DNA from: Candidatus Sumerlaeales bacterium
GTDB lineage: Bacteria > Sumerlaeota > Sumerlaeia > Sumerlaeales > Sumerlaeaceae
Length of the DNA stretch: 64,000 nt
NCBI GenBank assembly: GCA_038243585.1
Contig: JBBSQY010000004.1
Coordinates: 1 to 64,000, forward strand
Reading direction: 5' to 3'
Under the pieces are notes generated by a model. The model saw nothing but the letters and a program-made list of their open reading frames with translations. It did not search any database and was not told the DNA's origin. Of the stretch, positions 26,554-38,062 are shown piece after piece. Both the position numbers and the translations under genes were made by a program. Position 1 is the first letter of the stretch; the number at the start of each line of letters is the position of its first letter.

Positions 26554-27573
26554 TTACTCAAAGATCAGCGGCAAAGATTGTGCAGCCGCTGGGATTGGAG
26601 TGTTATAAGTTTCACAGGCGCTGCGATGTTTCTCCATCACCAGAAACGCCAGCCGATCTGGAGCCAGCACTCGCGCCAGGCTGCCAAATCCCATTATTCG
26701 GCTGACCAGGCTTTCGTTGATGCCGACCTTGATGCGCACCAGCAATCCACTCTCGCTATCTTTTACGGTTTGTGAACTATGAAGCGGATGATCCTCAACG
26801 TACGATCTGAGGATTGGATCAAACCAGATATCAATGCGCTCCGGTTTCGCGTGGAAGACTCCAAAAGTTTCTTCCGCGTGTTTCTGCATATCGAAGGTCC
26901 ACTGATTCTCAAACTTCTCCGGCAGAACCTCGACCTTCTGAAACCGCTTCATGTGAAAAGTCCTTACCTGCTCCTTTTCATAGCAGAACGCCACCAGGTA
27001 ACGGGAATTGTTTGCCACCCAGATGTGGAGCGGCGCCAGTCTTCTACCGGTTGTTTTTTCTCCGGAGGCGTTTTTATAAGATACAGCGACTTTCTGGTTG
27101 TTACTGATGGCGCTTCCCACCAGCTCATACAGGTCGTGTCCAGGGCGGCCCGTCTGTTTGCGGCTCGAAGCCCCTCCATAAAATTTTTCCTGCAGGAGCT
27201 CCATTTGCTCCCGAAAGGCCGGAGGGCGGCTTTTCAGTATTTTTCGGGTAACCTCAGAAAAAGACTCGGCGATAAAGTCGTCGGGAGAACCCCTCAGCTC
27301 CGTTTCCGCCAGCAGAATAGCGATGATTTCCATGGGTGTCAGCGGAATAGGTGGGTTTGATCGAAAGGCCTCCGTGCTTTTCCAGACCGTGGACTGGCCA
27401 AGCTTTTCACGATACACGCCAAAACCGGCTTCTTCAAGGGCAACAAGATCCCGGCGCACGTTGCGCTCGCTGCACTCCACTTCTTCGGCAATCTGAGACA
27501 GGCGCTTTCCGAGCTGGCTGTTTCCCAGATACATTAAAATGCGCCACTGCCGGGCTAACTGCTCTCCGCGCAT
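26554..27573 (-). CDS. WYL-domain transcriptional regulator (HTH-WYL-WCX; YafY/PafBC-like)
   Basis: HTH SERNVRRDL.ALEEAGF; WYL region R.LAP......RYLVAFC...VRTF...RF; WCX HPLHSSQ, IMGFG...VLAP. Confidence 0.92.
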   Translation of the reverse strand: MRGEQLARQWRILMYLGNSQLGKRLSQIAEEVECSERNVRRDLVALEEAGFGVYREKLGQSTVWKSTEAFRSNPPIPLTPMEIIAILLAETELRGSPDDFIAESFSEVTRKILKSRPPAFREQMELLQEKFYGGASSRKQTGRPGHDLYELVGSAISNNQKVAVSYKNASGEKTTGRRLAPLHIWVANNSRYLVAFCYEKEQVRTFHMKRFQKVEVLPEKFENQWTFDMQKHAEETFGVFHAKPERIDIWFDPILRSYVEDHPLHSSQTVKDSESGLLVRIKVGINESLVSRIMGFGSLARVLAPDRLAFLVMEKHRSACETYNTPIPAAAQSLPLIFE

Positions 27574-27697
27574 AACCTTTATCTCCCCATAGACTGCTAC
27601 AAGTTACGTCAGCAGTAAGCCATTTAGGGCGGTAGGCAAGAGATATCTCCGCGTTAGGTCGCTATTAGGATCAGGTTGAAGAGCGGTTATGTAAACT

Positions 27698-27734
27698 AAA
27701 AAACCCCGACACCGTTTTCAGGTGTCGGGGTTTT
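27698..27734 (-). terminator. Intrinsic terminator immediately after rpsG
   Basis: AAAACCCCGACACC...GGTGTCGGGGTTTT stem with A and T tracts on both sides. Confidence 0.85.
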
Positions 27735-27761
27735 AAGATAAAACCAAAATCTTAGGTTAAA

Positions 27762-28238
27762 CTACCAGCGGTAATGAGCAAAAGCCTTGTTGGCTTCGGC
27801 CATACGGTGGGTATCTTCTTTTTTCTTAACGGCAGAACCTGTGCTGTTGAAAGCGTCGGTAATTTCATTGCCGAGGCGCTGCGCCATGGTCTTCTCGCCG
27901 CGTTTGCGTGCGGAGTCAAGCAACCAGCGAATCGCCAGCGATGTGCGGCGCTCCGGGCGAACTTCAACGGGAACCTGGTAGTTGGCACCACCTACGCGGC
28001 GGCTCTTGACTTCCAGAAGAGGCTTAATGTTTTCGAGGGCCTGCGTGAAAATGTCAATCGGGGTCTGTTCGCCGCCAATTTTGGTTACGGCAGCCTCCAT
28101 TGACTGATAGAAGATGCTCTCGGCGGTGCTTTTCTTGCCGTCGTGCATTAAGCTGTTAATAAATTTAGTGATAAGCGTGCTCTCGAACTTCTGATCTGGA
28201 AGAACGGTGCGCTTGATTGCTTCGCGCCTGCGTGACAT
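27762..28238 (-). CDS. rpsG: 30S ribosomal protein S7
   Basis: MSRRR...GKKSTAE...[15 protein letters not shown]...[15 protein letters not shown]. Confidence 0.98.
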   Translation of the reverse strand: MSRRREAIKRTVLPDQKFESTLITKFINSLMHDGKKSTAESIFYQSMEAAVTKIGGEQTPIDIFTQALENIKPLLEVKSRRVGGANYQVPVEVRPERRTSLAIRWLLDSARKRGEKTMAQRLGNEITDAFNSTGSAVKKKEDTHRMAEANKAFAHYRW

Positions 28239-28503
28239 ATTCTGTTAAAGCCTCCAAAACTGTGCATCTCATATAACCGAAAGACGCAGTAGCGGTCGCT
28301 GAGCGGTATTATTCAGGATATTCGTATAGTGACAACATCGAAGGACGACGCGTTCAGACATATGTCGCATGCTCAAGTTATAGTCGTCATCTTTGACGGA
28401 GATCCTTGACAGTGATAATGGTTTATATACTGTTATCTTATAAACTGCAAAAGTTGTAGGTAACAATTTACTTTATATTATCTTATAAGAGGGAGTTGGC
28501 CCA

Positions 28504-29145
28504 ATGAACACCAAAGCATTCACGCTTATTGAGTTGCTGATCGTCGTTGCAATTATTGCAATTCTTGCAGCCATCGCTGTCCCCAATTTTCTTGAGGCGC
28601 AGACTCGGGCGAAAGTGTCTCGTGGTTATGCAGATATGCGTTCCGTGGCTACCGCGCTGGAAACTTATGCCGTTGACAATTCAAAATATCCATATGACGT
28701 TGATAGTCGTGGCTATCCCTGGTACTTAACCGATAATATGACTACGCCTATCTCGTACATGACTAATGCGAGTTTAATGAAGGATCTGTTCCGCGAGGGT
28801 AGTCCAGGTTTACCAGTGAACCCTATACAGAGAATGATTGCGTTACGGTATCGCTACCTGAACAATATGTCCACATTGCAGGGTTGGTCGGCCTCATCTC
28901 TCCCAAGAACTGCGTATGCTGCACCGGTTCCGAGGGGCGCCTGGGCACCTTCTGTACCTAATGGCGGGGTCTCAAGAAGCGATTTCGACGAGAGCATGGA
29001 ACTTTTTGGGCAGTGGAAAATGTCTTCCGCGGGGCCCGATAAGACGGCCACTGATTTTATTAAGGGCCGAAATTTCTATAATGCAACAAATGGAACTGTT
29101 TCGTCAGGAGATATCATTATTTCCCAGAAGGGGCTTAAACAGTAA
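28504..29145 (+). CDS. Prepilin-type N-terminal cleavage/methylation domain protein
   Basis: AFTLIELLIVVAIIAILAAIAVPNFLEAQTRAK; SAGPD; YNATNGTVSSGD. Paralog of 19461..20069. Confidence 0.9.
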   Translation: MNTKAFTLIELLIVVAIIAILAAIAVPNFLEAQTRAKVSRGYADMRSVATALETYAVDNSKYPYDVDSRGYPWYLTDNMTTPISYMTNASLMKDLFREGSPGLPVNPIQRMIALRYRYLNNMSTLQGWSASSLPRTAYAAPVPRGAWAPSVPNGGVSRSDFDESMELFGQWKMSSAGPDKTATDFIKGRNFYNATNGTVSSGDIIISQKGLKQ

Positions 29146-29333
29146 GGCCCTTCTGGGAAGGAATAAGTATGGTACGCTTTTCATCTAAGAAATAAAAACA
29201 GGGTACATGGGAACAACAAAGCGTTTTTACTCCGTTTGGAATGCTACTTGTGGTCGCCATCCTGGTGGCGAGAGCACTGAAAAAACTGCAAATTTAACTT
29301 ATATATAGGCGCAGGCAATTTAGCAAAGATCTG

Positions 29334-31456
<2,123 letters not shown>

Positions 31457-31556
31457 GTTACTTTGTATGGATACACAGGCAGACGGAAAAGCGTCAATGG
31501 GGAATGCGTTAAATTTTAAAGAGACAATTTCGTTATTGGTCCGTCCGACTAAGCTC

Positions 31557-33134
31557 TTACACCCCACGGGCGGGCGCTTCTGCCGGGCTGTCGTCCCGCT
31601 TCTGCGTAGCCAGGTATTTGTTGATGGCCAGCATGTAGGCCCGGCCGCTGGCCGTTACCACGTCTGTGCTTGATCCGCGAGCCTTGATGGTGCGCCCGTC
31701 GATTTCCACGGTCACACTGACCTGCCCCTGCGCATCCATGCCGCCGGTAACCGCTTCTAGGGAATAGTTCTTCAGCACCGCAGTCACGCCCGTGATCCGC
31801 TGTATCGCCTGGAACAGCGCATCTACCGGTCCGTCGCCTGTGCCCGCGTCGGTCAGGATTTCGCTGCCCCGTGCGACCTTCACGGTAGCTGTCGGCACCG
31901 TCTCTGTGCCGCTGGAGATGCCCACGTATACGAGCCGGAAAGCTTCTTCGCCAGGCTGATCCGTCTGCTCGTCCACAATCGCGTAGAGGTCTTCGTCAAA
32001 AATGTCCTTTTTCTTGTCAGACAGTTCTTTGAATTTCTCAAACGCCGCGTTGACATTATCGTCGCTCAGGTGATCAAATCCCAGTTGCTCCAGCCGGGTT
32101 TTAAATGCGTGGCGTCCGGAGTGCTTGCCCAGTACCATCGATTCACCGGTCCAGCCCACATGTTCCGGACGCATTATTTCGTAGGTGCCGCGGTCTTTCA
32201 GCATGCCATCCTGATGGATGCCCGACTCATGGGCGAAAGCGTTGGCTCCGACAATGGCCTTGTTTCGCTGTACCTTCAGGCCGGATATTGTACTGACCAT
32301 CTTTGAAGTGCGGTAGATTTCTCCCGGCCTAATCCCTGTGGTCAGACCAATATCTTCCCGCCGCACATCCAGGGCCATGACTATTTCCTCAAGAGCGGCG
32401 TTGCCGGCGCGCTCTCCGATGCCGTTCACGGTGCACTCCACCTGCCGCGCCCCGGCGCGGAGTCCTGCCAGGGAATTGGCCACCGCAAGGCCCAGGTCGT
32501 TGTGGCAGTGCACGCTGAACACGGCCTGGTCAGAATTCGGTGCGTTGCCCATTACATAAGAAATGATCTCTCCAAACTGCCAGGGCATGGCATAGCCAAC
32601 CGTATCAGGCAGGTTGATGGTCGTCGCGCCGGCTTCTATAACTGCCGTAACGATATCTACCAGATAATCACGATCGCTTCTCCCCGCATCCTCACAGGAA
32701 AATTCGACATCAGGGGTAAAGGTTTTGGCGAGCATTACGGAGTCGACTGCCGATTTGATTACCTGTTCGCGGGTCTTTTTCAGCTTCTTTTCCAGGTGGA
32801 TCGGACTGGTCGCGATAAATACATGGATTCGCCGGCTCTCTGCAGGCTGAAGTGCCTCTGCTGCCCGAGTGATGTCTTTTTCAACGGCGCGAGCCAGCCC
32901 GCAGATCGTAGGGCCGCGCACCTCGGATGCGATGGCGCGCACCGATTCAAAATCGCCTGTGGAGGAAATCGGGAAGCCGGCTTCGATAACGTCCACGCCC
33001 AGCCGCGAGAGCTGATGCGCGATCTCGAGCTTTTCCCGCGTGTTCATTGTAGCGCCGGGGCATTGCTCCCCGTCGCGCAGGGTGGTGTCAAAAACTATAA
33101 CTCTATTTTTATCAGTGGTGTCGATAGGATTCAT
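31557..33134 (-). CDS. leuA: 2-isopropylmalate synthase
   Basis: [39 protein letters not shown], regulatory GDGPVDA. Confidence 0.96.
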   Translation of the reverse strand: MNPIDTTDKNRVIVFDTTLRDGEQCPGATMNTREKLEIAHQLSRLGVDVIEAGFPISSTGDFESVRAIASEVRGPTICGLARAVEKDITRAAEALQPAESRRIHVFIATSPIHLEKKLKKTREQVIKSAVDSVMLAKTFTPDVEFSCEDAGRSDRDYLVDIVTAVIEAGATTINLPDTVGYAMPWQFGEIISYVMGNAPNSDQAVFSVHCHNDLGLAVANSLAGLRAGARQVECTVNGIGERAGNAALEEIVMALDVRREDIGLTTGIRPGEIYRTSKMVSTISGLKVQRNKAIVGANAFAHESGIHQDGMLKDRGTYEIMRPEHVGWTGESMVLGKHSGRHAFKTRLEQLGFDHLSDDNVNAAFEKFKELSDKKKDIFDEDLYAIVDEQTDQPGEEAFRLVYVGISSGTETVPTATVKVARGSEILTDAGTGDGPVDALFQAIQRITGVTAVLKNYSLEAVTGGMDAQGQVSVTVEIDGRTIKARGSSTDVVTASGRAYMLAINKYLATQKRDDSPAEAPARGV

Positions 33135-33324
33135 GAGTGATCTCTCTTTTAAACGGTTTCGGTGGTGGGCAGGAAAAGCAGAACGGGGTCAGGTGAGCGT
33201 AACTACGGATAGCTTCGCAATCGGTGGGCGTGGAGAAACGCGGGGGCTGCCCATTGCGTCTGCCGGACCAGCGCTGTTGTGGTTGTCTGTATGTAGTTGA
33301 TAGTCATTTTCATAAGGTAAAACA

Positions 33325-33586
33325 AAAAGCCCCGCACCCGGATGTGACCGGATGCGGGGCCGAAATTAAAATTCGGGGTACCACCCTCGCTTTGCTTCTG
33401 GCAGAAACCGCCAGACGCCTTCATTGATTCTTAACGCGAATCCCACGACAGCAGGCTAAGGCATACAACGCCGTTCACCTGTGCGACTCCAAGGCGAGTT
33501 CAGGAAAGTCAGTCACCGCTTCGCACCATTTCAACGGTTCTCTTAAGATCTGACCTGATCCTTACTACTCCTCTTCACAGCCTTTA
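33325..33586 (-). ncRNA. Leucine T-box riboswitch with intrinsic terminator
   Basis: Stem I GCTGTGAAGAGGAGTAGTA...AGAGA...GGTGCGA...GAA-CTC-GCCTT gives specifier CTC (Leu) at 33496-33498. T-box AGGGTGGTACCCCG at 33375-33388. Terminator GCCCCGCATCCGG...CCGGGTGCGGGGC-TTTTT. Confidence 0.88.
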
Positions 33587-33641
33587 AACTGCCTGAAAAA
33601 GAACATTGCTACAAGTCCACCAGACATACCATTGCCGGAAA

Positions 33642-35081
33642 CTATTCAGTCAACGACCCGTCAAAGATTTCGATTGTGCCGGTTGGCGCATTGGTTGAAT
33701 ACACCGGAGGCGCAGGCGGAATTACCAGTGTGCCCCGGAGTGTTTCCATTACCGGATTTTTGAGATATCCGTTGCTGTCAATGATATCGTAAGGGGTCAT
33801 ATTGCTGGAAATAACATTTAACTGACCGTCCTGCAAGTTCCTTAGTGGTTGACGGCTGATGACATATTCCCGATCATCAATGGCTACCAGCACAGGCTGA
33901 GCGGAGTTGAAATCCGTCCCGTAGTACCAGTCGTCAACCCTGACGACTTCGCCATCGGCCCAACGCGTTCCAAAAACTTCCCGCGCCCATACCTCTGACC
34001 ATTCCGTAACCTGTCGCTGTACAAGGCGCGTCCAGTTGATATAGGCCTGTCGACGATCTTCACGCTTTTGCAGCCGTTCATAAAACTCTTTGTTTGCGTT
34101 ATAATCCGTATTGTTCTGCTGGATCGCCGCTTCCTGATACGACTCGAATAAGTCCTGGCGCTCCTGAAGAGCATTTGCCGCGGTATACTCGAGCGTCGGC
34201 AGGTCCTCTGCGTCCGGAATCAGCTTCTGCCGAATATAAAGGTCGTACATCTCAAGTTGCTGATAATAAAAATCCCATTCCGCAGCGGCCCGCACAGCGG
34301 ATTCATTGGTAAGCCCGGCGTTTAATACGCCACCAATTCCGGCAAGGCCATCCATGCCCAACATCGGGTCACCACCGCCTAAACCACCTAATGCAGGGTC
34401 GCCGAGGGGAGTAACGCCTGGGATATCAACGCCGCCTCCCGGTAGCTGACCAGCTCGGCGCAAGTCCAAAAGGCGATTGATCTCTTGCTGTTTTAGGTTC
34501 TTTGCTACGCCAGCCTCAAACTTCTGTCGCACTACGCCATAGTCAGGGTCTTCAATAAACAGAAATTCGTAAAGCTGAGAAGGAGCTGCCGCGTTAGCAA
34601 CGGTGCTTGTTGTATCTGCGAGCGAACCAGGCGAGGCGCCAAAATCCATAGCTCCTAATGGGGGAGGTGTGGGTATCGCTTCATCTGTTGGAGCGCCGGT
34701 CGTCCCAAAGGGCGACACCGGAGCGCCTGGAAGTCCGGGCAATACCGGAGGGGCGCCAGGGATCACGGGCAATGCGGGAACGGTGCCATTGACTGGGGGC
34801 AGCCCGGGCAGTACCGGCGGCATGCCCGCGGTGGGCGGAACCGCTGATGGAAGAGTTCCTGGAAGTGCCGGCATCGGATCCACAGCAGGCAAGCCAGCCG
34901 TCGGTGGCACCGCAGACGGGATAGCACCCGGCCCACCCGATGCCGGAACCTCGCCCGGCAGGGCTGGAAGAACAGGCAACTGTCCGACAGCGTCTCCAGG
35001 TTGCGCATGACCTATGTGTAATCCCGCGACCATCGTCGCCGTAATCGCTAATGCGGCGAAAGCATTTCGTTTAATCATCAA
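33642..35081 (-). CDS. Secreted hypothetical protein with Pro/Gly-rich N-terminal region
   Basis: Signal peptide; repeated PSAVPPTAG and LPGLP; aromatic-rich helical C-terminal domain. Confidence 0.7.
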   Translation of the reverse strand: MMIKRNAFAALAITATMVAGLHIGHAQPGDAVGQLPVLPALPGEVPASGGPGAIPSAVPPTAGLPAVDPMPALPGTLPSAVPPTAGMPPVLPGLPPVNGTVPALPVIPGAPPVLPGLPGAPVSPFGTTGAPTDEAIPTPPPLGAMDFGASPGSLADTTSTVANAAAPSQLYEFLFIEDPDYGVVRQKFEAGVAKNLKQQEINRLLDLRRAGQLPGGGVDIPGVTPLGDPALGGLGGGDPMLGMDGLAGIGGVLNAGLTNESAVRAAAEWDFYYQQLEMYDLYIRQKLIPDAEDLPTLEYTAANALQERQDLFESYQEAAIQQNNTDYNANKEFYERLQKREDRRQAYINWTRLVQRQVTEWSEVWAREVFGTRWADGEVVRVDDWYYGTDFNSAQPVLVAIDDREYVISRQPLRNLQDGQLNVISSNMTPYDIIDSNGYLKNPVMETLRGTLVIPPAPPVYSTNAPTGTIEIFDGSLTE

Positions 35082-35214
35082 CAGATTCCCAACGTAGCGT
35101 GTTATATCAATCAGCTCTAAACTTGAGATTTAGCGTGGCTCTCGTTACAAGAGCTGTCGCTAAAGACAGTTTCCACCTATTGAATTGCAAGCACTAGTTA
35201 AACAGTATACAAAG

Positions 35215-35241
35215 AAAAAAGCCCGGACGAGTCCGGGCTTT
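35215..35241 (-). terminator. Intrinsic terminator of rplM-rpsI
   Basis: AAAGCCCGGAC-GA-GTCCGGGCTTT with an A-tract. Confidence 0.85.
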
Positions 35242-35268
35242 CGTAATTGATTTGAAAAAGGTTGCGTA

Positions 35269-35664
35269 TCAGCGCTTGGAGAACTGAAACTTCGCGCGGG
35301 CACCCTTTTGACCATACTTTTTGCGTTCTTTCATGCGTGGATCGCGGGTTAGCAGACCAGCGCGCTTCAGAGCGGGACGCAGAGCGGGATTGGCCTGGAT
35401 AAGAGCGCGGGCGATGCCATGACGGATTGCGCCGGCCTGACCCATCGTTCCGCCACCGGTCACGTTTACAACCACATCATACTTTGAAACCGTGTGGGTT
35501 TCGCGAAGAGGGTGTTTAACAACCTGCTCGATAAGCGGACGCTCACCGAAATATTTTTTCCATTCGTGACCGTTAACGATCAAGCGACCTTTACCGGGCC
35601 GAAGGTATACGCGGGCGGTGGCCGATTTGCGGCGACCGGTTCCATAAAATTGCTCGAGAGCCAT
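35269..35664 (-). CDS. rpsI: 30S ribosomal protein S9
   Basis: [45 protein letters not shown]. Confidence 0.98.
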   Translation of the reverse strand: MALEQFYGTGRRKSATARVYLRPGKGRLIVNGHEWKKYFGERPLIEQVVKHPLRETHTVSKYDVVVNVTGGGTMGQAGAIRHGIARALIQANPALRPALKRAGLLTRDPRMKERKKYGQKGARAKFQFSKR

Positions 35665-35680
35665 ATCTTAGTCCAGTACC

Positions 35681-36124
35681 TTACTTGGCGTTCTTGGTGA
35701 GAGTGGCGTCAACCGGAAGCTGAGCCTGATGCGGATGCACGTCTCCCGCATAAATGCGGATGTTGCGGAGCAAGGCGTCGCCAAGCCGGTTATGAGGCAA
35801 CATGCCCTTCACAGCCAGACGCAACACTTCAGTAGGCTTGCGCTGGAGCAATGTTCCCGCGGCCTCTTCCTTGATTCCGCCCGGAAAACCCGAGTGACGA
35901 TAATATTTTTTCTGACGAAGCTTTTTGCCGGTAAAGACAACTTTATCGGCGTTCAGCACAATCACATGGTTCTGAGGATTGACAGCCGGATGAAACGTGG
36001 GGTTGTTCTTTCCACGTAATACGGATGCAATACGGCTGGCCAGTCGGCCAACAATTTCGCCCCTGGCGTCAACGACGATCCAGGATTCTTTTAGATCCCC
36101 TGCTTTAGGGTAGTACGTACTCAT
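35681..36124 (-). CDS. rplM: 50S ribosomal protein L13
   Basis: WIVVDA...GRLAS.IA..LRGK, YYRHSGFPGG, KGMLP, HPHQAQ. Start at MSTYYPK. Confidence 0.97.
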   Translation of the reverse strand: MSTYYPKAGDLKESWIVVDARGEIVGRLASRIASVLRGKNNPTFHPAVNPQNHVIVLNADKVVFTGKKLRQKKYYRHSGFPGGIKEEAAGTLLQRKPTEVLRLAVKGMLPHNRLGDALLRNIRIYAGDVHPHQAQLPVDATLTKNAK

Positions 36125-36278
36125 TAGAAGAAGGTATAGCCTCCAGAAATCACCACAAACCCTGCGCACTTATGATGACGATAGGCCATTTATTCATGCG
36201 TCCGCCAAGCGAGACGCAAAAAAGCGAACGTAACAAGTCTTTGTAGCTGTTGTTGTTATACAGTCTGCAGACGAATTA

Positions 36279-36722
36279 TTGATGAAGGCACGTAAAATGA
36301 TTAAGGTTTCTGGAAAAATCCTGGCTCTCGACGTGGGAGAAGCCCGGGTGGGCGTGGCGGTAAGCGACGGCTCGGGCTTCCTTGCAAGTCCTCTTTTGAT
36401 CCTGAAGCGGGACAAAACCACCATTGATCGGGTGGTTGACCTGGCGAGGACGCTGGACGTGTGCGCCGTACTGGTGGGGCTGCCTCTGAACATGGACGGA
36501 ACTTCTGGATTTCAGGCGAGAAAGGTCGAGCGTTTCGCAGGCCGCATAGGGGAGGCTGTTGCACCGATCCCCATTATCATGGAAGACGAAAGCGAAAGTA
36601 CAATGATGGCTCGCGCCCTGCGAATCGAGCGGGGGATAGGTCAGAAAAAGCGTAGAGCCCGGATCGACGCAGAGGCGGCTGCCATCTTTTTGCAGGTGTA
36701 TCTGGACCGCCAGAGGAGTTAA
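36279..36722 (+). CDS. ruvX: Holliday junction resolvase-like / pre-16S rRNA nuclease RuvX (YqgF)
   Basis: ILALDVGEARVGVAVSD, VGLPLNMDG, DES.ST, ID..AA..FLQ.YLD. Confidence 0.93.
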   Translation: MMKARKMIKVSGKILALDVGEARVGVAVSDGSGFLASPLLILKRDKTTIDRVVDLARTLDVCAVLVGLPLNMDGTSGFQARKVERFAGRIGEAVAPIPIIMEDESESTMMARALRIERGIGQKKRRARIDAEAAAIFLQVYLDRQRS

Positions 36723-36853
36723 TGTGTGCGGCTGCGTTGAAAATGCTACTATCGGTAGAGCACCGCTTACGGATCTCCAAGCATTGCTGGCGCGATTGTA
36801 AACGTAAGAGTTTGAATTTCATTACTGCGAGTACTATACATAAGAGTAATAAT

Positions 36854-36908
36854 ACCCGCCAAGGCAATGCTCCCTGAGTATCCTCAAACCGGCGGGTTAC
36901 TTTTTTTT
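36854..36908 (+). ncRNA. Hairpin plus U-tract upstream of abiF-like gene (candidate abiF-type RNA or terminator)
   Basis: ACCCGCC (36854-36860) pairs with GGCGGGT (36891-36897), followed by T8. Possible TTGAAT-N17-TATACA promoter at 36812-36840. Confidence 0.5.
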
Positions 36909-36932
36909 AATGCGGCCACATCAAGGCGAAGA

Positions 36933-37841
36933 GTGCGCTATAATAAGCCTCCGTTAAGCATAGATGAACAAATTGCGCTGCTGAAATCACGGGGAATCAC
37001 GTTTAACGATCTTCCTGGCGCACGCACCCACCTAAGGCATATAAATTATTACCGGCTTACGGCCTATTGGCTGAATTCCGAAGTTGACCGCCCAACTCAT
37101 ACTTTTAAAGCCGGTACGACCTTTGAAAGCATACTGAATCTCTACGTTTTTGATCGAGAATTCAAGTTGCTGATACTGGACGCCGTTGAGCGGGTTGAAG
37201 TCTCACTCCGATGCCAATGGGCCTACCATATTACTCATAATCATGGCCCACATGCTTATCTCAATTACCAGATTGCGGTCAATTACCATCAGTGGGAAAA
37301 TGACTTGGAGCGCCTTAAACAAGACGTGTCCCGGTCTGAAGAGATTTTCATCAAGGACTATGCGAAAAAGTACCAGCAGCCGGATTTGCCGCCGGCCTGG
37401 GCGGTTTGTGAAGTCATGTCGCTGGGCACTCTGTCGCGCTGGCTTTCAAACTTAAAGCCCATGAAAACGAGAAGCAGTATTGCTTCCACTTATAAGCTTG
37501 ATGAAAATGTTCTTCAAACTTTTGTGCACCATCTGACTTACGTTCGTAATATTTGCGCCCATCACAGTCGGCTCTGGAACCGTCAGCTTACGGTGACAAT
37601 GCAGTTGCCACGCACTAAGCCTGTCAGCCTTTCGGGTAGTTTTAATGCTGATGAACCACGGAAAATCTATAACACGCTGGTCATGCTGGGCTGGATTCTT
37701 GATATTGTAAGTCCGGAAAACAGCTGGAAAATAAGGCTGCTGGATTTAATAAAAAAGCATGGAATCGAGGCCACTAGCATGGGGTTTCCATTGGATTTCG
37801 AATCACTTGAATTATGGCGATCTGGTCCAAGCGACCGGTGA
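36933..37841 (+). CDS. Abi family (AbiF/AbiD, Abi_2) HEPN protein
   Basis: YNKPPLSIDEQIALLKSRG, INYYRL..Y, LY.FDR, ERVEVSLR, PPAW, HEPN RNICAHHSRLWN. Likely GTG start at 36933. Confidence 0.9.
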   Translation: MRYNKPPLSIDEQIALLKSRGITFNDLPGARTHLRHINYYRLTAYWLNSEVDRPTHTFKAGTTFESILNLYVFDREFKLLILDAVERVEVSLRCQWAYHITHNHGPHAYLNYQIAVNYHQWENDLERLKQDVSRSEEIFIKDYAKKYQQPDLPPAWAVCEVMSLGTLSRWLSNLKPMKTRSSIASTYKLDENVLQTFVHHLTYVRNICAHHSRLWNRQLTVTMQLPRTKPVSLSGSFNADEPRKIYNTLVMLGWILDIVSPENSWKIRLLDLIKKHGIEATSMGFPLDFESLELWRSGPSDR

Positions 37842-37903
37842 GTTTGGGTGCTTTTCCCTTGTATTAGGAGGGAGCACGCTGGTTTTCGGTTTAACCATTT
37901 TGT

Positions 37904-37973
37904 TGGGAGCGCGGGCGTCCCCGCCCGCACTTAATAGACGCGATTTACGCGGGCGGGGACGCCCGCGCTCCCA
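37904..37973. repeat. Inverted REP doublet (REPIN/BIME-like)
   Basis: TGGGAGCGCGGGCGTCCCCGCCCGC (37904-37928) and its exact reverse complement (37949-37973). Confidence 0.9.
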
Positions 37974-38062
37974 GAGCTATTGCGTGTGCTTGCACGTCGC
38001 CGGGTGGATTGTTATCTATCACCTCACCGAGTCGCTTTGCTAGATGCCGCTTATAAGTTGAT

